NCBI GenBank assembly: GCA_029547225.1
Contig: JAKPPS010000056.1
Coordinates: 25,356-89,355, forward strand
DNA from: a bacterium
GTDB taxonomy: Bacteria > Patescibacteriota > Dojkabacteria > SC72 > WJKH01
Length of the DNA: 64,000 nt
Reading direction: 5' to 3'
The notes under the pieces were generated by a model. That model saw only the letters and a program-made list of their open reading frames with translations, made no database searches and was not told the origin of the DNA. A program made the position numbers and the translations under genes. Below are positions 39,159 to 49,251 of the stretch, one piece after another (position 1 is the stretch's first letter; every line of letters starts with the position of its first letter).

Positions 39159-39548
39159 TTACTTGCTTCCTAGATATTTCTCAATATTACTAATCAATTC
39201 CTCGGAAGAGATTTCTGTTTTGACAAAATACTCTGAAGCACCTAAAGTCAAGCATTCTTTAACAACTTTATCACTTACCATATTGGTTAAAATCACTACA
39301 GGTACACCATCATATTGATCCGGATGAGATTTGATTTGTCTCAATACTTCAATACCATCAATACCTGGCATCATAAGATCTAGCAATACTACTGCGACTG
39401 AGGATTTATTCTCTTCGATAAGCTTTAAACCTTTATATCCATCCGTAGCACCATATACCGTTGCTCCAGTTGACTCAATAACTTCAGTATAAGAGTCAAG
39501 CAAATCTTTCTCATCTTCAATAATAATCACAACTTTATTTGGATCCAT
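39159..39548 (-). CDS. Stand-alone response regulator receiver protein
   Basis: IIEDE, LLDLMMP (phosphoacceptor Asp), ILTN and YFVK motifs. Confidence 0.92.
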   Translation of the reverse strand: MDPNKVVIIIEDEKDLLDSYTEVIESTGATVYGATDGYKGLKLIEENKSSVAVVLLDLMMPGIDGIEVLRQIKSHPDQYDGVPVVILTNMVSDKVVKECLTLGASEYFVKTEISSEELISNIEKYLGSK

Positions 39549-39678
39549 ATATTACAATATTTAATTTATCCTTTTCTACATAGTAAATATAATTATCTTA
39601 CAAGTCAATACTCTTTCCAAAAACATTAAACTCAAAAATCCTAGCAAGACATTAAATAAAACATGTATCAACACGGGT

Positions 39679-40638
39679 CTATTCAGTATAAGTCAAATCT
39701 CCATATCCATTATAAAGTACAAAATCAAAAAGTGATGGAGCAGAAGGCACCAGATCTTTGTAATAATAATTGGCTCTATAAGTACCACCACAATTCGTTG
39801 AAGCAACAACGATAACTTTAGGATCGAAGAAAATACAAGTAGACTCTATCTTAACATTCATATCACTCCCCAGAGCTTTTATCCGAACAGAGATGGTGTT
39901 TCCTGTACCCAAACTGTTTGTAACAACTGGCAGATTATATCCAGTGCTTTGATTGTACGAAATCCAGGATCCGCTCCAGTTTGTATCTCCATTAATTTTT
40001 AGGCCAACAATATTATCTGGTCCATTCTCAACGACAGAAATAACCTCCCCATTTACATCTCTACCACCTTCAAACCTTGAAATTATTGCCCCAGAAGATG
40101 TTTGTAGAGTAGGGGTCAATTTAATATTAGCTGTACATCCAGGCGTACTTACTGTACTCTTCACATTTAAATTGAGAGTCTCATCTTTCGAAATATTAAA
40201 TCCATCCTGATCAGAAGTCTGTTTAAAACAAAGTTCAGCAGTGGTATTTGTTTCGCCGGGACAATTTAAAGATTCTTTTACGATAACAGGATCAATACCA
40301 TCAAACTGAGTTAGATTGCCACCTGCAAAACAACATTCTTTACCTGAACCGAATTCGGGACATTTATCAACAATATCGTCAATTTCTATTGACTTTGAGA
40401 TCTCTACTAAAGAATCCGATACTTCAATTGCACCAGAAGAAAGGGTTTCCTCAGCAACTCGAGCATTTTGTTTCAAAGTCCTCGATACTAGTGCCAAAGC
40501 AATAAGTGCACAAATAAGTACAATAATTAGTACAAGAGCTAGTGCTTGAGATTCATACCTAGTATCATTTATTGATTTTCCTGGAAGCTTTCTGGCACAA
40601 GAATTACCTTTTAGTGTATAAAGAATGTCTTTAATCAT
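39679..40638 (-). CDS. PilX-like minor pilin
   Basis: Class III-like leader RYES|QALALVL with hydrophobic helix and no Glu5. Confidence 0.7.
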   Translation of the reverse strand: MIKDILYTLKGNSCARKLPGKSINDTRYESQALALVLIIVLICALIALALVSRTLKQNARVAEETLSSGAIEVSDSLVEISKSIEIDDIVDKCPEFGSGKECCFAGGNLTQFDGIDPVIVKESLNCPGETNTTAELCFKQTSDQDGFNISKDETLNLNVKSTVSTPGCTANIKLTPTLQTSSGAIISRFEGGRDVNGEVISVVENGPDNIVGLKINGDTNWSGSWISYNQSTGYNLPVVTNSLGTGNTISVRIKALGSDMNVKIESTCIFFDPKVIVVASTNCGGTYRANYYYKDLVPSAPSLFDFVLYNGYGDLTYTE

Positions 40639-40810
40639 ATTTTAATATAACATATATATTATTTTATTTCGACAAATTGACACAAAAGTTTATATTCTAG
40701 AAATGCCACAAACAATATATTTCTCTTGTTCCTAAGTTCTGTACTTTTTCTACAATAGCTTATGGTATTTATAGAATTCAGTTTTTTATATCAATTTTCC
40801 TAGAAAACTT

Positions 40811-41533
40811 TTAGTTACTACTCATCTTATTTGTAGTAATATACAGGTCTTGGTTAATCGCTCTTGGTAACTCAGAATTTCCATATTTCTTGGTGGGTTG
40901 ACCAGAAAGTTTAATCCGATAAAAGACATTTTGAGAGCCTCCGGAAAAGTACGTAGCGTCAAATTGTGTAAAGTTTACCTGCGATGTGTTCAACTTCATT
41001 ATATTCTTTTTATATTCTGAAGTTGTAGAATCAAAGCAGCTAGCATGATTGCTCAGATTTTTGTAAGATGTTTTAAACAAATATCCTTTACCCTCAGAAT
41101 CGACAAAATAGCCTATACATATCCATCTATCAGAATTAAATGGTAATAGGTGAATTTCATTTCCAATATTGCTTTCACCTTCATCCAGAGGAGCAGAGAA
41201 CTCACCAGAAGATGATGGATTCCTTGTAATAACATCATTAGTAGAATCATAGTAGTAATATTCTCTGGAGTTAAACAAGAAAACACTACTTGGATTACTC
41301 TGCTTAATTGTTCGCTTTATCAGCTCCATCGTAAAATCGGTTTGATTCAAAGATTCCATGCGTGCACTTGATACAAAAGAGACCTGAAGTAACGAATTAA
41401 GACTGAGGCCAATTATTAACATTACAACAGAGACAACTGCCACAGAAATAATCATCTCGACAAGAGAATATGCTTCATATTCTGAATTCCTGCCAATTAG
41501 TTGTACTTTATTTGAATTTCGTAATTTTCTCAT
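40811..41533 (-). CDS. PilW/PulJ-like minor pilin
   Basis: EYEA|YSLVEMII N-terminal methylation-type motif. Confidence 0.8.
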   Translation of the reverse strand: MRKLRNSNKVQLIGRNSEYEAYSLVEMIISVAVVSVVMLIIGLSLNSLLQVSFVSSARMESLNQTDFTMELIKRTIKQSNPSSVFLFNSREYYYYDSTNDVITRNPSSSGEFSAPLDEGESNIGNEIHLLPFNSDRWICIGYFVDSEGKGYLFKTSYKNLSNHASCFDSTTSEYKKNIMKLNTSQVNFTQFDATYFSGGSQNVFYRIKLSGQPTKKYGNSELPRAINQDLYITTNKMSSN

Positions 41534-41559
41534 TATCGATTTATTTTAATCAAACACAC

Positions 41560-42141
41560 TTAATTAAGTTTTAAAACAACATTTTTCTCCTGATCGGAAA
41601 TTAAACATGATTTTGTAAAAGCTACTTTGCGACAATCAATCCTCCCAGAATATATTACACCTGTTACAATACCAGAATCCCCATCATATGAATTGATACA
41701 AAAACTTGCAAAATCACCTTCTTCTAAATCATCTACAATTGCTTTCGTACGACACTTATTATCTCGATTTTTCAACGAAGCATAATCACAAATCGGAGAG
41801 CTAAATGAAGGGCTCGAAATATCTCCCTGAATTCGATAACACATTTTCCAATCATCCCCCTCATTAAATGGAAAGTACGATGGCTCATCAAGTTCTTTTG
41901 AGTTTTCTAAATCAGCAAGCCTTGTTACTTTTGCTGATACGCCTTCCATTTCCCTCACAAGCCTCTCAGTTACTTCAATACGATCCATATTCATATAAGT
42001 ATCTTGAGCTAGAGACAGAAAAACAACTCCAGCAACGGATGCAAGAAAAAGAGCTAAAAGTGCTTCAACGAGACCTTGAGCTTTATAGCTAGTGAGTTCA
42101 TTATTATCATTTTTTATTCTTTTTGTATTACTTTTATTCAT
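41560..42141 (-). CDS. PilV-like minor pilin
   Basis: SYKA|QGLVEALL motif followed by a hydrophobic helix. Confidence 0.72.
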   Translation of the reverse strand: MNKSNTKRIKNDNNELTSYKAQGLVEALLALFLASVAGVVFLSLAQDTYMNMDRIEVTERLVREMEGVSAKVTRLADLENSKELDEPSYFPFNEGDDWKMCYRIQGDISSPSFSSPICDYASLKNRDNKCRTKAIVDDLEEGDFASFCINSYDGDSGIVTGVIYSGRIDCRKVAFTKSCLISDQEKNVVLKLN

Positions 42142-42196
42142 TTTATACTTTTTAGTACTGATATTTAAGTAATATCCTAAGCGAAATAAAATATTT

Positions 42197-43111
42197 TTAC
42201 TCTAAACTTTTAACAGGATCAAGAATAATTGGATCAGATTTTATTGGGTCTGTAGTGCCTGAATCGTCCTTGGGAATCTCTTCATTGACAGGAGGAACAA
42301 TATTTCCATCATCGATTGGTTTTGCTACATCTGCATCACCTGGATAATTATCAACAACTGATACTTGCCCAGATACACGATTCACCACAATATCTTTTGT
42401 AAAATTTCCTGCTGACAAACTGATTACTGCAGGAACTTGTTTATCATCAATCTGTACAGCGCCTGAGATATAAGCATAGTTCAGCAAATTTCCTGAGGCA
42501 TCATACATAAAAGCTCTACCTGTAACCGATTCGAATAGAATATATTTTGGATTTTTTGAAGAGGTAGCCTCGGTTTTTGACTTTACAATACTATTTAACG
42601 AAGTCACTCCTCTTCCTGAAACTGGGACTAAAGTGTTTGCAGTTAGCGCATTACAACTTGTTTTAGTTATAGTACTACCTGACATATCAATTGGTAAATT
42701 ACCATTTCCTATTAATATTGGTTTCTTTTCGTCGAAATATGGAAGTTCTCCGCGCAATTTAGCTTGAGAAGGATCATAATCAGGATACTCAGAACACCAC
42801 TTGAAAATCGTATAATTCCCATTTTCGATTTGAGAAAGATCAACACCGATACCATACATCCAATATTCTCCAGCTTCCCTTCGTAAAGTCATGGAAGATC
42901 GCTGTGCCCAAGAGATATCCTGAGCCAATAATCTGACATCTTCATTTAGAGCAATAGAATTTCGAATACCTGTAAATGCCGAACCAGTCACTGCAAATAG
43001 GATAATAGTGATTGCTATTACAACCAACATTTCAACCATGGAAAATCCTTGAAAATATTCTCTTTCGATTCTTGTTTTATTTTTTTTTAGATTGTGGGGC
43101 AATTGAAGCAT
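42197..43111 (-). CDS. FimT/FimU-like minor pilin
   Basis: YFQG|FSMVEMLVV motif; C-terminal VVNRVSGQV. Confidence 0.8.
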   Translation of the reverse strand: MLQLPHNLKKNKTRIEREYFQGFSMVEMLVVIAITIILFAVTGSAFTGIRNSIALNEDVRLLAQDISWAQRSSMTLRREAGEYWMYGIGVDLSQIENGNYTIFKWCSEYPDYDPSQAKLRGELPYFDEKKPILIGNGNLPIDMSGSTITKTSCNALTANTLVPVSGRGVTSLNSIVKSKTEATSSKNPKYILFESVTGRAFMYDASGNLLNYAYISGAVQIDDKQVPAVISLSAGNFTKDIVVNRVSGQVSVVDNYPGDADVAKPIDDGNIVPPVNEEIPKDDSGTTDPIKSDPIILDPVKSLE

Positions 43112-43263
43112 TTTCTCTAACCCATTAATAATTATCCGCGAACGCTACTTATAGATATTAGCATAAGATTGTTCTCTTCTCAAATAGGATCTATTTCAAA
43201 AAGCATAATAAGCTGTCTAAATAGTTGAATTAATATGTGAAAGGAAGATAAACCTGAGATATG

Positions 43264-44055
43264 CTACATAAACAAAAATCCGATGTCCCAATAATCATAT
43301 CCACAATTAGTTAATATCAATGAGATAACATAACCTATTGAAATAAAGGGAATCAGTGGAATATAACTTTTCAAAGTGATTTTTTTGAAAAGCAACATAA
43401 TAATTATGTATATTAAACTAACTAGTAGAGTTACAAACAAGACAAGTAATATCATAAATTTGTTCAAGAAAATTCCCAAACCTAATAATATAAGTACATC
43501 ACCAAATCCAAACGATTTCTTGAAGATATTTAATAACATCATTATCACAACTACAATCATAGTTGCCGAAAGCGAAAAGAACTTTGCAGTAAAAAAATCC
43601 GTGCCATAATAGAATTGATTTGCGACAAATATCTCTATGGTTACAAGGAGCGATAATATTAAAAATAAGTGAACAACTTTTCTTGGTATCGACCGGCTAT
43701 TAATATCAAAGAAGGACATGAAAAACAAAAATGCAAGAATAACATAAAATTCCGCTTGTACATCACAATATGCGAATGCTCCAAAACTTGCACCCAGAAA
43801 TAATTCAGAGATAGGGTAGATGAATGGGATTTTTGCTTTACAATGAATACATTTTCCACCAATGAATAAATAGCCAAAGAAAGGTATAAGTGCATACCAC
43901 GGAATATTCTTTTTACATCTATCGCAGTTGGAGGATTCAAAAAGAAGGGCTCTTAATTCAGAACCCTTCTCAATCCTAAAAACCAATGTATGGAGGAAAC
44001 TTGCAATACACATACCAATTAGGCCTAAGAATATTGCAAGAATCGTATTATTCAT
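43264..44055 (-). CDS. pilD: Prepilin peptidase (A24)
   Basis: CDRC and CIHC Zn pairs, catalytic Asp motifs FFD and GFGD, multiple TM helices. Confidence 0.9.
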   Translation of the reverse strand: MNNTILAIFLGLIGMCIASFLHTLVFRIEKGSELRALLFESSNCDRCKKNIPWYALIPFFGYLFIGGKCIHCKAKIPFIYPISELFLGASFGAFAYCDVQAEFYVILAFLFFMSFFDINSRSIPRKVVHLFLILSLLVTIEIFVANQFYYGTDFFTAKFFSLSATMIVVVIMMLLNIFKKSFGFGDVLILLGLGIFLNKFMILLVLFVTLLVSLIYIIIMLLFKKITLKSYIPLIPFISIGYVISLILTNCGYDYWDIGFLFM

Positions 44056-44063
44056 ATCATCAA

Positions 44064-44600
44064 TTATTGCCAAGCCTTATCTTCACCTGACCATGTTCCA
44101 GGAATACACCTATCTGCTGGTAGACAGCCAAGAATTTTACCATATGCTGATGTAAGATTTGCATCATATTTTATTAATCTATCAGTTGCAGGAGTGCCAG
44201 TTGGCAATGAATTAAATCCATTTCCTTCACAATATAAATCCTCTTTTGAACTTTTATCTGACCCACCAAGATAAACACAAGCTAGGAAAGAGTTTCTATC
44301 TTCGGAAACCATATAATAATATATTGCATCATTACCACCATCAAAACCACCTAAGTAGTCAACTAATGTAGTCTCAACTAGAGTTTCAAAACTACCTGTT
44401 GCTTCAGGATAAGATAGTGTCTGATTATAATAAGCTGTTAAAGCTGTAGAAATTGTACTTGCACCCTTTTTATGTGCTGTATCTGCAGCATTCTGGATGA
44501 TAGCTCTACCACCAAAAAAACCTACTGCACTAAGTAGTACGATTATCGCCATGACGACAAGCATCTCGACGAGAGTAAAACCTTTATATGTTTTTCTCAT
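44064..44600 (-). CDS. Type IV pilin (major pilin candidate)
   Basis: TYKG|FTLVEMLVVMAII motif; has its own consensus-like promoter. Confidence 0.85.
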   Translation of the reverse strand: MRKTYKGFTLVEMLVVMAIIVLLSAVGFFGGRAIIQNAADTAHKKGASTISTALTAYYNQTLSYPEATGSFETLVETTLVDYLGGFDGGNDAIYYYMVSEDRNSFLACVYLGGSDKSSKEDLYCEGNGFNSLPTGTPATDRLIKYDANLTSAYGKILGCLPADRCIPGTWSGEDKAWQ

Positions 44601-44668
44601 ATTAAATAATAACAAATTATTTAGGGCAATATTTGAGAGAAACGAACACTCATCATATTACTCATTCC

Positions 44669-44697
44669 AGAATATCACTTGACAAGTTATAAGTCAA
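44669..44697 (-). promoter_or_regulatory. Sigma70-type promoter for the pilin gene
   Basis: Minus strand TTGACT-17 nt-TATTCT with extended TG; overlaps a TTGAC-N9-GTCAA palindrome. Confidence 0.6.
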
Positions 44698-44759
44698 ATT
44701 GATTAATATTTTTTACTCGAAGTATATATCCAATTTTGCTGCAATTAATTATCCACTAA

Positions 44760-45977
44760 TTATCCACCAAAAGCGCTCGAGAGACTAAACATCGGCATGT
44801 AAACAGCAAGTGCAATAAATCCTACAATAACACCCATTATTATAAGCATTACAGGTTCAAGTAGGGTAGAGAGGGTATCAGACATAACATCAACCTCTTC
44901 TTCATAATATTCTGATAATTTGCCCAAAACCTCATCAAGTTTACCAGTCTCTTCACCAACTGCTACCATCTGACTCACAATCAAAGGAAATGCCGTAACA
45001 CGAGAGAGTGGGAGAGCAAGCGGAATACCTTTTTCGATATCTTTTTTAGCATCTTGTACGCCAAACCTAAAAACGAGATTTGTTAGAGAATAAGAAGTTA
45101 ATTCAAGAGCAGACAATATTGGTAATCCACTTTTCATCAATAAAGATAGTATTCTCGAGAATTGCGCTATTTGAATATTTGAAATAAGCTTACCAAAGAC
45201 AGGAATCTTTAAAGCAATTTTGCTAAACATCAATTTCCCAGCTGGAGTATCAGTATAAACCTTAATAACAATACCTATCACAGCGGCAAAGATAAGAAAT
45301 ACCCACCAATAAGTGACAAAAGTATTACTCATAGCAATAACTGCTTTTGTAACCCATGGAAGTTCTGCACCTGCATCATCGAACATCTGTTTTATTGAAG
45401 GGACTAAGACAACCATCAACAACACAACAACTGTAATAACAACTACCAAGATAATAATTGGATATGTGGTAGCAGACTTAATCCTTTGTTGTACTTTACT
45501 GTTTTTCTCAAGTTCTATAGCTAATCTTTCAAGTATCGTATCAAGATTACCACTTTGCTCTCCAGCATCAATTAGGTTTATCGTAATTGTATCAAAGACA
45601 TCAGGATATTTTGCTAATGACGCAGATAAACTCAGACCTCCCTCGACATCAGATAATACTAAACCGAGTACCTTTTTAAACCTAGGATTTTGCGCTTGCT
45701 CACGCAAGATCTGTAAAGCTCGTGGCAATGCCAAACCTGCTGATATCATTGTTGAAAGCTGTCGCATAAAAACAACTTTATCCTTCATCGGAACTCCACC
45801 GATATTTATTTCCTTTAGTTTATCCAGATTAAAACCAATATCTTCTGCAACTTCGACTATAGTCAGATCCTTCTTTTGTAAAGTGTCAACAACTTGATTG
45901 CTATCTTTTGCCTCCATACTTCCTTTTACGATAGCACCTTCCTTTGTTCGTGCAGAATATTTAAATTTTCTTGCCAT
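44760..45977 (-). CDS. pilC: Type IV pilus platform protein PilC (GspF family)
   Basis: FMRQLSTMISAGL, GEQSGNLD, GEETGKLD and LLEP motifs. Confidence 0.95.
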   Translation of the reverse strand: MARKFKYSARTKEGAIVKGSMEAKDSNQVVDTLQKKDLTIVEVAEDIGFNLDKLKEINIGGVPMKDKVVFMRQLSTMISAGLALPRALQILREQAQNPRFKKVLGLVLSDVEGGLSLSASLAKYPDVFDTITINLIDAGEQSGNLDTILERLAIELEKNSKVQQRIKSATTYPIIILVVVITVVVLLMVVLVPSIKQMFDDAGAELPWVTKAVIAMSNTFVTYWWVFLIFAAVIGIVIKVYTDTPAGKLMFSKIALKIPVFGKLISNIQIAQFSRILSLLMKSGLPILSALELTSYSLTNLVFRFGVQDAKKDIEKGIPLALPLSRVTAFPLIVSQMVAVGEETGKLDEVLGKLSEYYEEEVDVMSDTLSTLLEPVMLIIMGVIVGFIALAVYMPMFSLSSAFGG

Positions 45978-46144
45978 TTTTCATTTTTTTATTATTTTAT
46001 TTTTTCACTAAAATTTCTTGCTATTTTTTCACGCATAAAATTCTTTACAAATTCAACACGCGATAACAAATTTAATATGCGACAACTTACTTTTTGTTAT
46101 CAATTCTCGATTTCTACTATTACACCATTAATACTAACACATAT

Positions 46145-49100
46145 CTACCCCTTAAGTAATCTAGAAATCTCTTCAGGATGGACTGCATAAGCCATAGCTT
46201 TTTCCATAGTAATAAGATTTTCTCTAACCAGTGATACTAAAGCTGATTCTAACGAAATCATGCCAATATCTGAGCTTGTACCTATCACATTGTCCAACTG
46301 ATGGGTTTTACCTTCACGAATCAGGTTTCGTACAGCTGGATTTGCAATCATAATTTCACAGACGGCTTTACGACCACCCTTGTCCAATGGAATCAATCTC
46401 TGACCTATTATTGCTTCTACCACATTTGCAAGCTGAGCTCGAATTTGCGATTGTTGATTTTCTGGGAATACATCGATAATCCTATCAACCGTTTGAGAAG
46501 CACTATTAGTATGCAATGTTGCAAATACCAAATGGCCTGTTTCTGCCAAAGTTATCGCTGAAGAAATTGTCTCATAATCACGCATTTCTCCGACAAGTAT
46601 AACATTAGGATCTTCACGCAAAGCACTCTTTAGAGCTATCTGCCAAGAGTGAGTGTCATCTTGCACTTCTCTCTGAGATATCAAAGCTTTAGAAGGAGGG
46701 AAAACATATTCTATTGGATCTTCAATTGTAAGGATGTGACATTGTCTAGTTAGATTTACTTCTTGGATTATTGAAGCAAGTGTAGTACTTTTACCATGTC
46801 CAGTAGGTCCAGTTACTAAAACTAATCCCTGAGATAATTTTGTTAATTGATGGAATATTGGAGGTAAGCCTAATTCGTCTATCGTACGAATCTTCGAAGG
46901 TATCAATCTGAATGCTGCCGCCATTGTCTGTTGCTGAAAATATGCGTTGATCCTAAATCTCCCCATATCTTTGTATGCATATGCAAGATCAATTTCTCGA
47001 TTAACCTCGAGTCTGTCTCGTTTATCTTCGCTCAATACAGGCAAAACTAACTCAGCAATGTTTTCCTCAGTAATGATTTCATCTGATACAGGTACCAATG
47101 AGCCATCAAGCCTTATCATTGCAGGATAACCAACATTTACGTGGAGATCTGAGGCATTTCTCTCGATAACCATCGCAAGCAACTGTTCTATACTATATAT
47201 ATAATGTTTACTAGATTTAATTGGCTTATTTTCTTGAGTAATATTTGTATTAACCATTCCGTTTGAACCAGCTCCTAAGCCATTATCCGTATTTTGCTGT
47301 ACAGGCGATGAATTCTCAACAACCTGAGTAGATTGAATCGGTTGATTAGTGCTATCCGCTTGAGCACTAACTGCCTGATTATTAATTTCAGCTACAGTAC
47401 TATCTACTTTATTTGCTGATACATCACCAACACTATTAATGTCACTTGCCACGACTGTATTCGTATTTTCCACAGGAGTACCAGCAGTCAGATTTTCAAA
47501 TGGCAAATTAGTTACTTGAACATTTGGATCTACAGTTGGACTCGCTTCCACCGTCGGACTTATTGAAGGTGGTGCCACAGCAGTATCCCCTGAGACACTA
47601 GCTGTAACAGTATTTACTGGATCCGATTGACTAACAGCACTTGCTCCTTGGACTGCATTATCCTGACTGGTAGCACTTACTACTTTCGTCGGATCAACAA
47701 AATCTGCAACTGGAGTCACAGTTGGAGCGATAACAGGTGTACTAACCGCTCCAGTGCTCGTTAGTGAAGTACTCATATTATTATCCATAATTTTTTCTCC
47801 TAATTTATCTAATTTATTATTTTGAATGCTTTGTGCAAATTCATTATATTCTTCAACAGGTTTTGTAACAGGCTGCTGACTCTCTGTTGAAGCAATCGTT
47901 TCTTTTTTTTCAATCACTGGCATACCTGGGATTGAGGACAAGGGCAAATCTGATGTTGTCGCATTATCTGATTGTTCTTCAATGCTTGTTTTAGTATCTG
48001 AGTGATCTTCCTTTTCGGCCTGTGTATTAATATCTATCTTACCATCAGAAGTATTATCCTCTTCAACAATATCTAATTCAGGTAATTGTATTTTTGTATC
48101 ATTCTTCTTTTCTGCAACTTCAGCCTTATCAGCATTATTTTTATCATCGCTTTGGGGTAATTCTTCCGCCTTCTCTTCGTCAGCTGTACCTTCAACTGTA
48201 AAGAATTGATCTCTAAGTTTTGCAAGTCTCTGTGCGAATTTCGACTGCTTCTTTTTCTTCTCTTTCTTATCGTTATCATCACTTAATTGAGTGCTATTTC
48301 CATCATCAGAAACAGTAATGTTTTGACTAACTTGCGAACTTATATTACTATTCCCAATACTAACACTATCCGCGTTTATTACATTGCTCGATTGAGTAGA
48401 AGCATTTACTGTAACCGTACTGGATGCAGGATCAGATAATTGCGATTGAGCTGAGATATCTGTTTTATCTTGAATACCTGTTTGGGTATCCTGTGCAATA
48501 CCGATATTGCGTGAAAGGGAGGGGGAAACGGTCTGTGAAACATTACTCTCGCTCGTCGATACTGGCTGTGAGGGCTGTGAAACATTGCTCTCACCTGTCG
48601 ATACCTGCTGTACGGACCGTGAAACATCTGGTAGATTCTCTGTCGAGATTACACTAGTCTGTGAAACAATATTATCTTGTCCTACCAAACCAACGTTTTC
48701 TTTCTTAATGTCCTTTTGTACGTTATCAGAGATCGCCGTTGTAAAATCTGGAGTTTGAGAAGGCGACTCAATTTCGTTTTCACCAGATTCAGACATTGTC
48801 GGCATACTAGCGTTTAATTTCGTTTGCTCGATCTTTTTACTTGCTAAGTCCATTATTTCAGATATTGTCTTATCATTATTAACAGCATTTTTTTGAGTTA
48901 TCGGCTTATTTTCATCTGACAAATCAGACTGTATTGTTGGTGAAATAGGCTGAGTCGGTGTGATTCCAATGGTAGGATTTATACTTGTTTGCGTATTCGA
49001 AACAGGAGATGCTTGCATAGATTGATCCACAACAGGAGATTGAGAGGATGAAGGAGTTGTCGTAGATACTTGAGCTACAGAAGGCGTTTGTGCAATTGGA

Positions 49101-49231
49101 ACTGACTGGTTATTCGTTACTGGCGGTACAGTTGAATTTACTTGAGTTGCAGTTGAAGATGAGTCAGTAGATACAGGATTAGTACCTGCAGGAGTTGCAC
49201 TAGGATATGTAAAATCTAAACTATTTCCCAT
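46145..49231 (-). CDS. pilT: Type IV pilus retraction ATPase PilT with ~675-aa low-complexity N-terminal extension
   Basis: ASDLH, GPTGHGKST, EDPIE, ALREDPNVILVGEMRD, TGHLVFATLH and the PilT-specific AVRNLIRE motif. Confidence 0.92.
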   Translation of the reverse strand: MGNSLDFTYPSATPAGTNPVSTDSSSTATQVNSTVPPVTNNQSVPIAQTPSVAQVSTTTPSSSQSPVVDQSMQASPVSNTQTSINPTIGITPTQPISPTIQSDLSDENKPITQKNAVNNDKTISEIMDLASKKIEQTKLNASMPTMSESGENEIESPSQTPDFTTAISDNVQKDIKKENVGLVGQDNIVSQTSVISTENLPDVSRSVQQVSTGESNVSQPSQPVSTSESNVSQTVSPSLSRNIGIAQDTQTGIQDKTDISAQSQLSDPASSTVTVNASTQSSNVINADSVSIGNSNISSQVSQNITVSDDGNSTQLSDDNDKKEKKKKQSKFAQRLAKLRDQFFTVEGTADEEKAEELPQSDDKNNADKAEVAEKKNDTKIQLPELDIVEEDNTSDGKIDINTQAEKEDHSDTKTSIEEQSDNATTSDLPLSSIPGMPVIEKKETIASTESQQPVTKPVEEYNEFAQSIQNNKLDKLGEKIMDNNMSTSLTSTGAVSTPVIAPTVTPVADFVDPTKVVSATSQDNAVQGASAVSQSDPVNTVTASVSGDTAVAPPSISPTVEASPTVDPNVQVTNLPFENLTAGTPVENTNTVVASDINSVGDVSANKVDSTVAEINNQAVSAQADSTNQPIQSTQVVENSSPVQQNTDNGLGAGSNGMVNTNITQENKPIKSSKHYIYSIEQLLAMVIERNASDLHVNVGYPAMIRLDGSLVPVSDEIITEENIAELVLPVLSEDKRDRLEVNREIDLAYAYKDMGRFRINAYFQQQTMAAAFRLIPSKIRTIDELGLPPIFHQLTKLSQGLVLVTGPTGHGKSTTLASIIQEVNLTRQCHILTIEDPIEYVFPPSKALISQREVQDDTHSWQIALKSALREDPNVILVGEMRDYETISSAITLAETGHLVFATLHTNSASQTVDRIIDVFPENQQSQIRAQLANVVEAIIGQRLIPLDKGGRKAVCEIMIANPAVRNLIREGKTHQLDNVIGTSSDIGMISLESALVSLVRENLITMEKAMAYAVHPEEISRLLKG
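48491..48670 (-). repeat. Degenerate 42-bp (14-aa) tandem repeat inside the pilT extension
   Basis: CTGTGAAACA-like anchors at 48491, 48533, 48575, 48617 and 48659; protein VSQ/VSR repeats (STGESNVSQ, STSESNVSQ). Confidence 0.75.
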
Positions 49232-49251
49232 TTAGGCAGCAATAAATTAAA

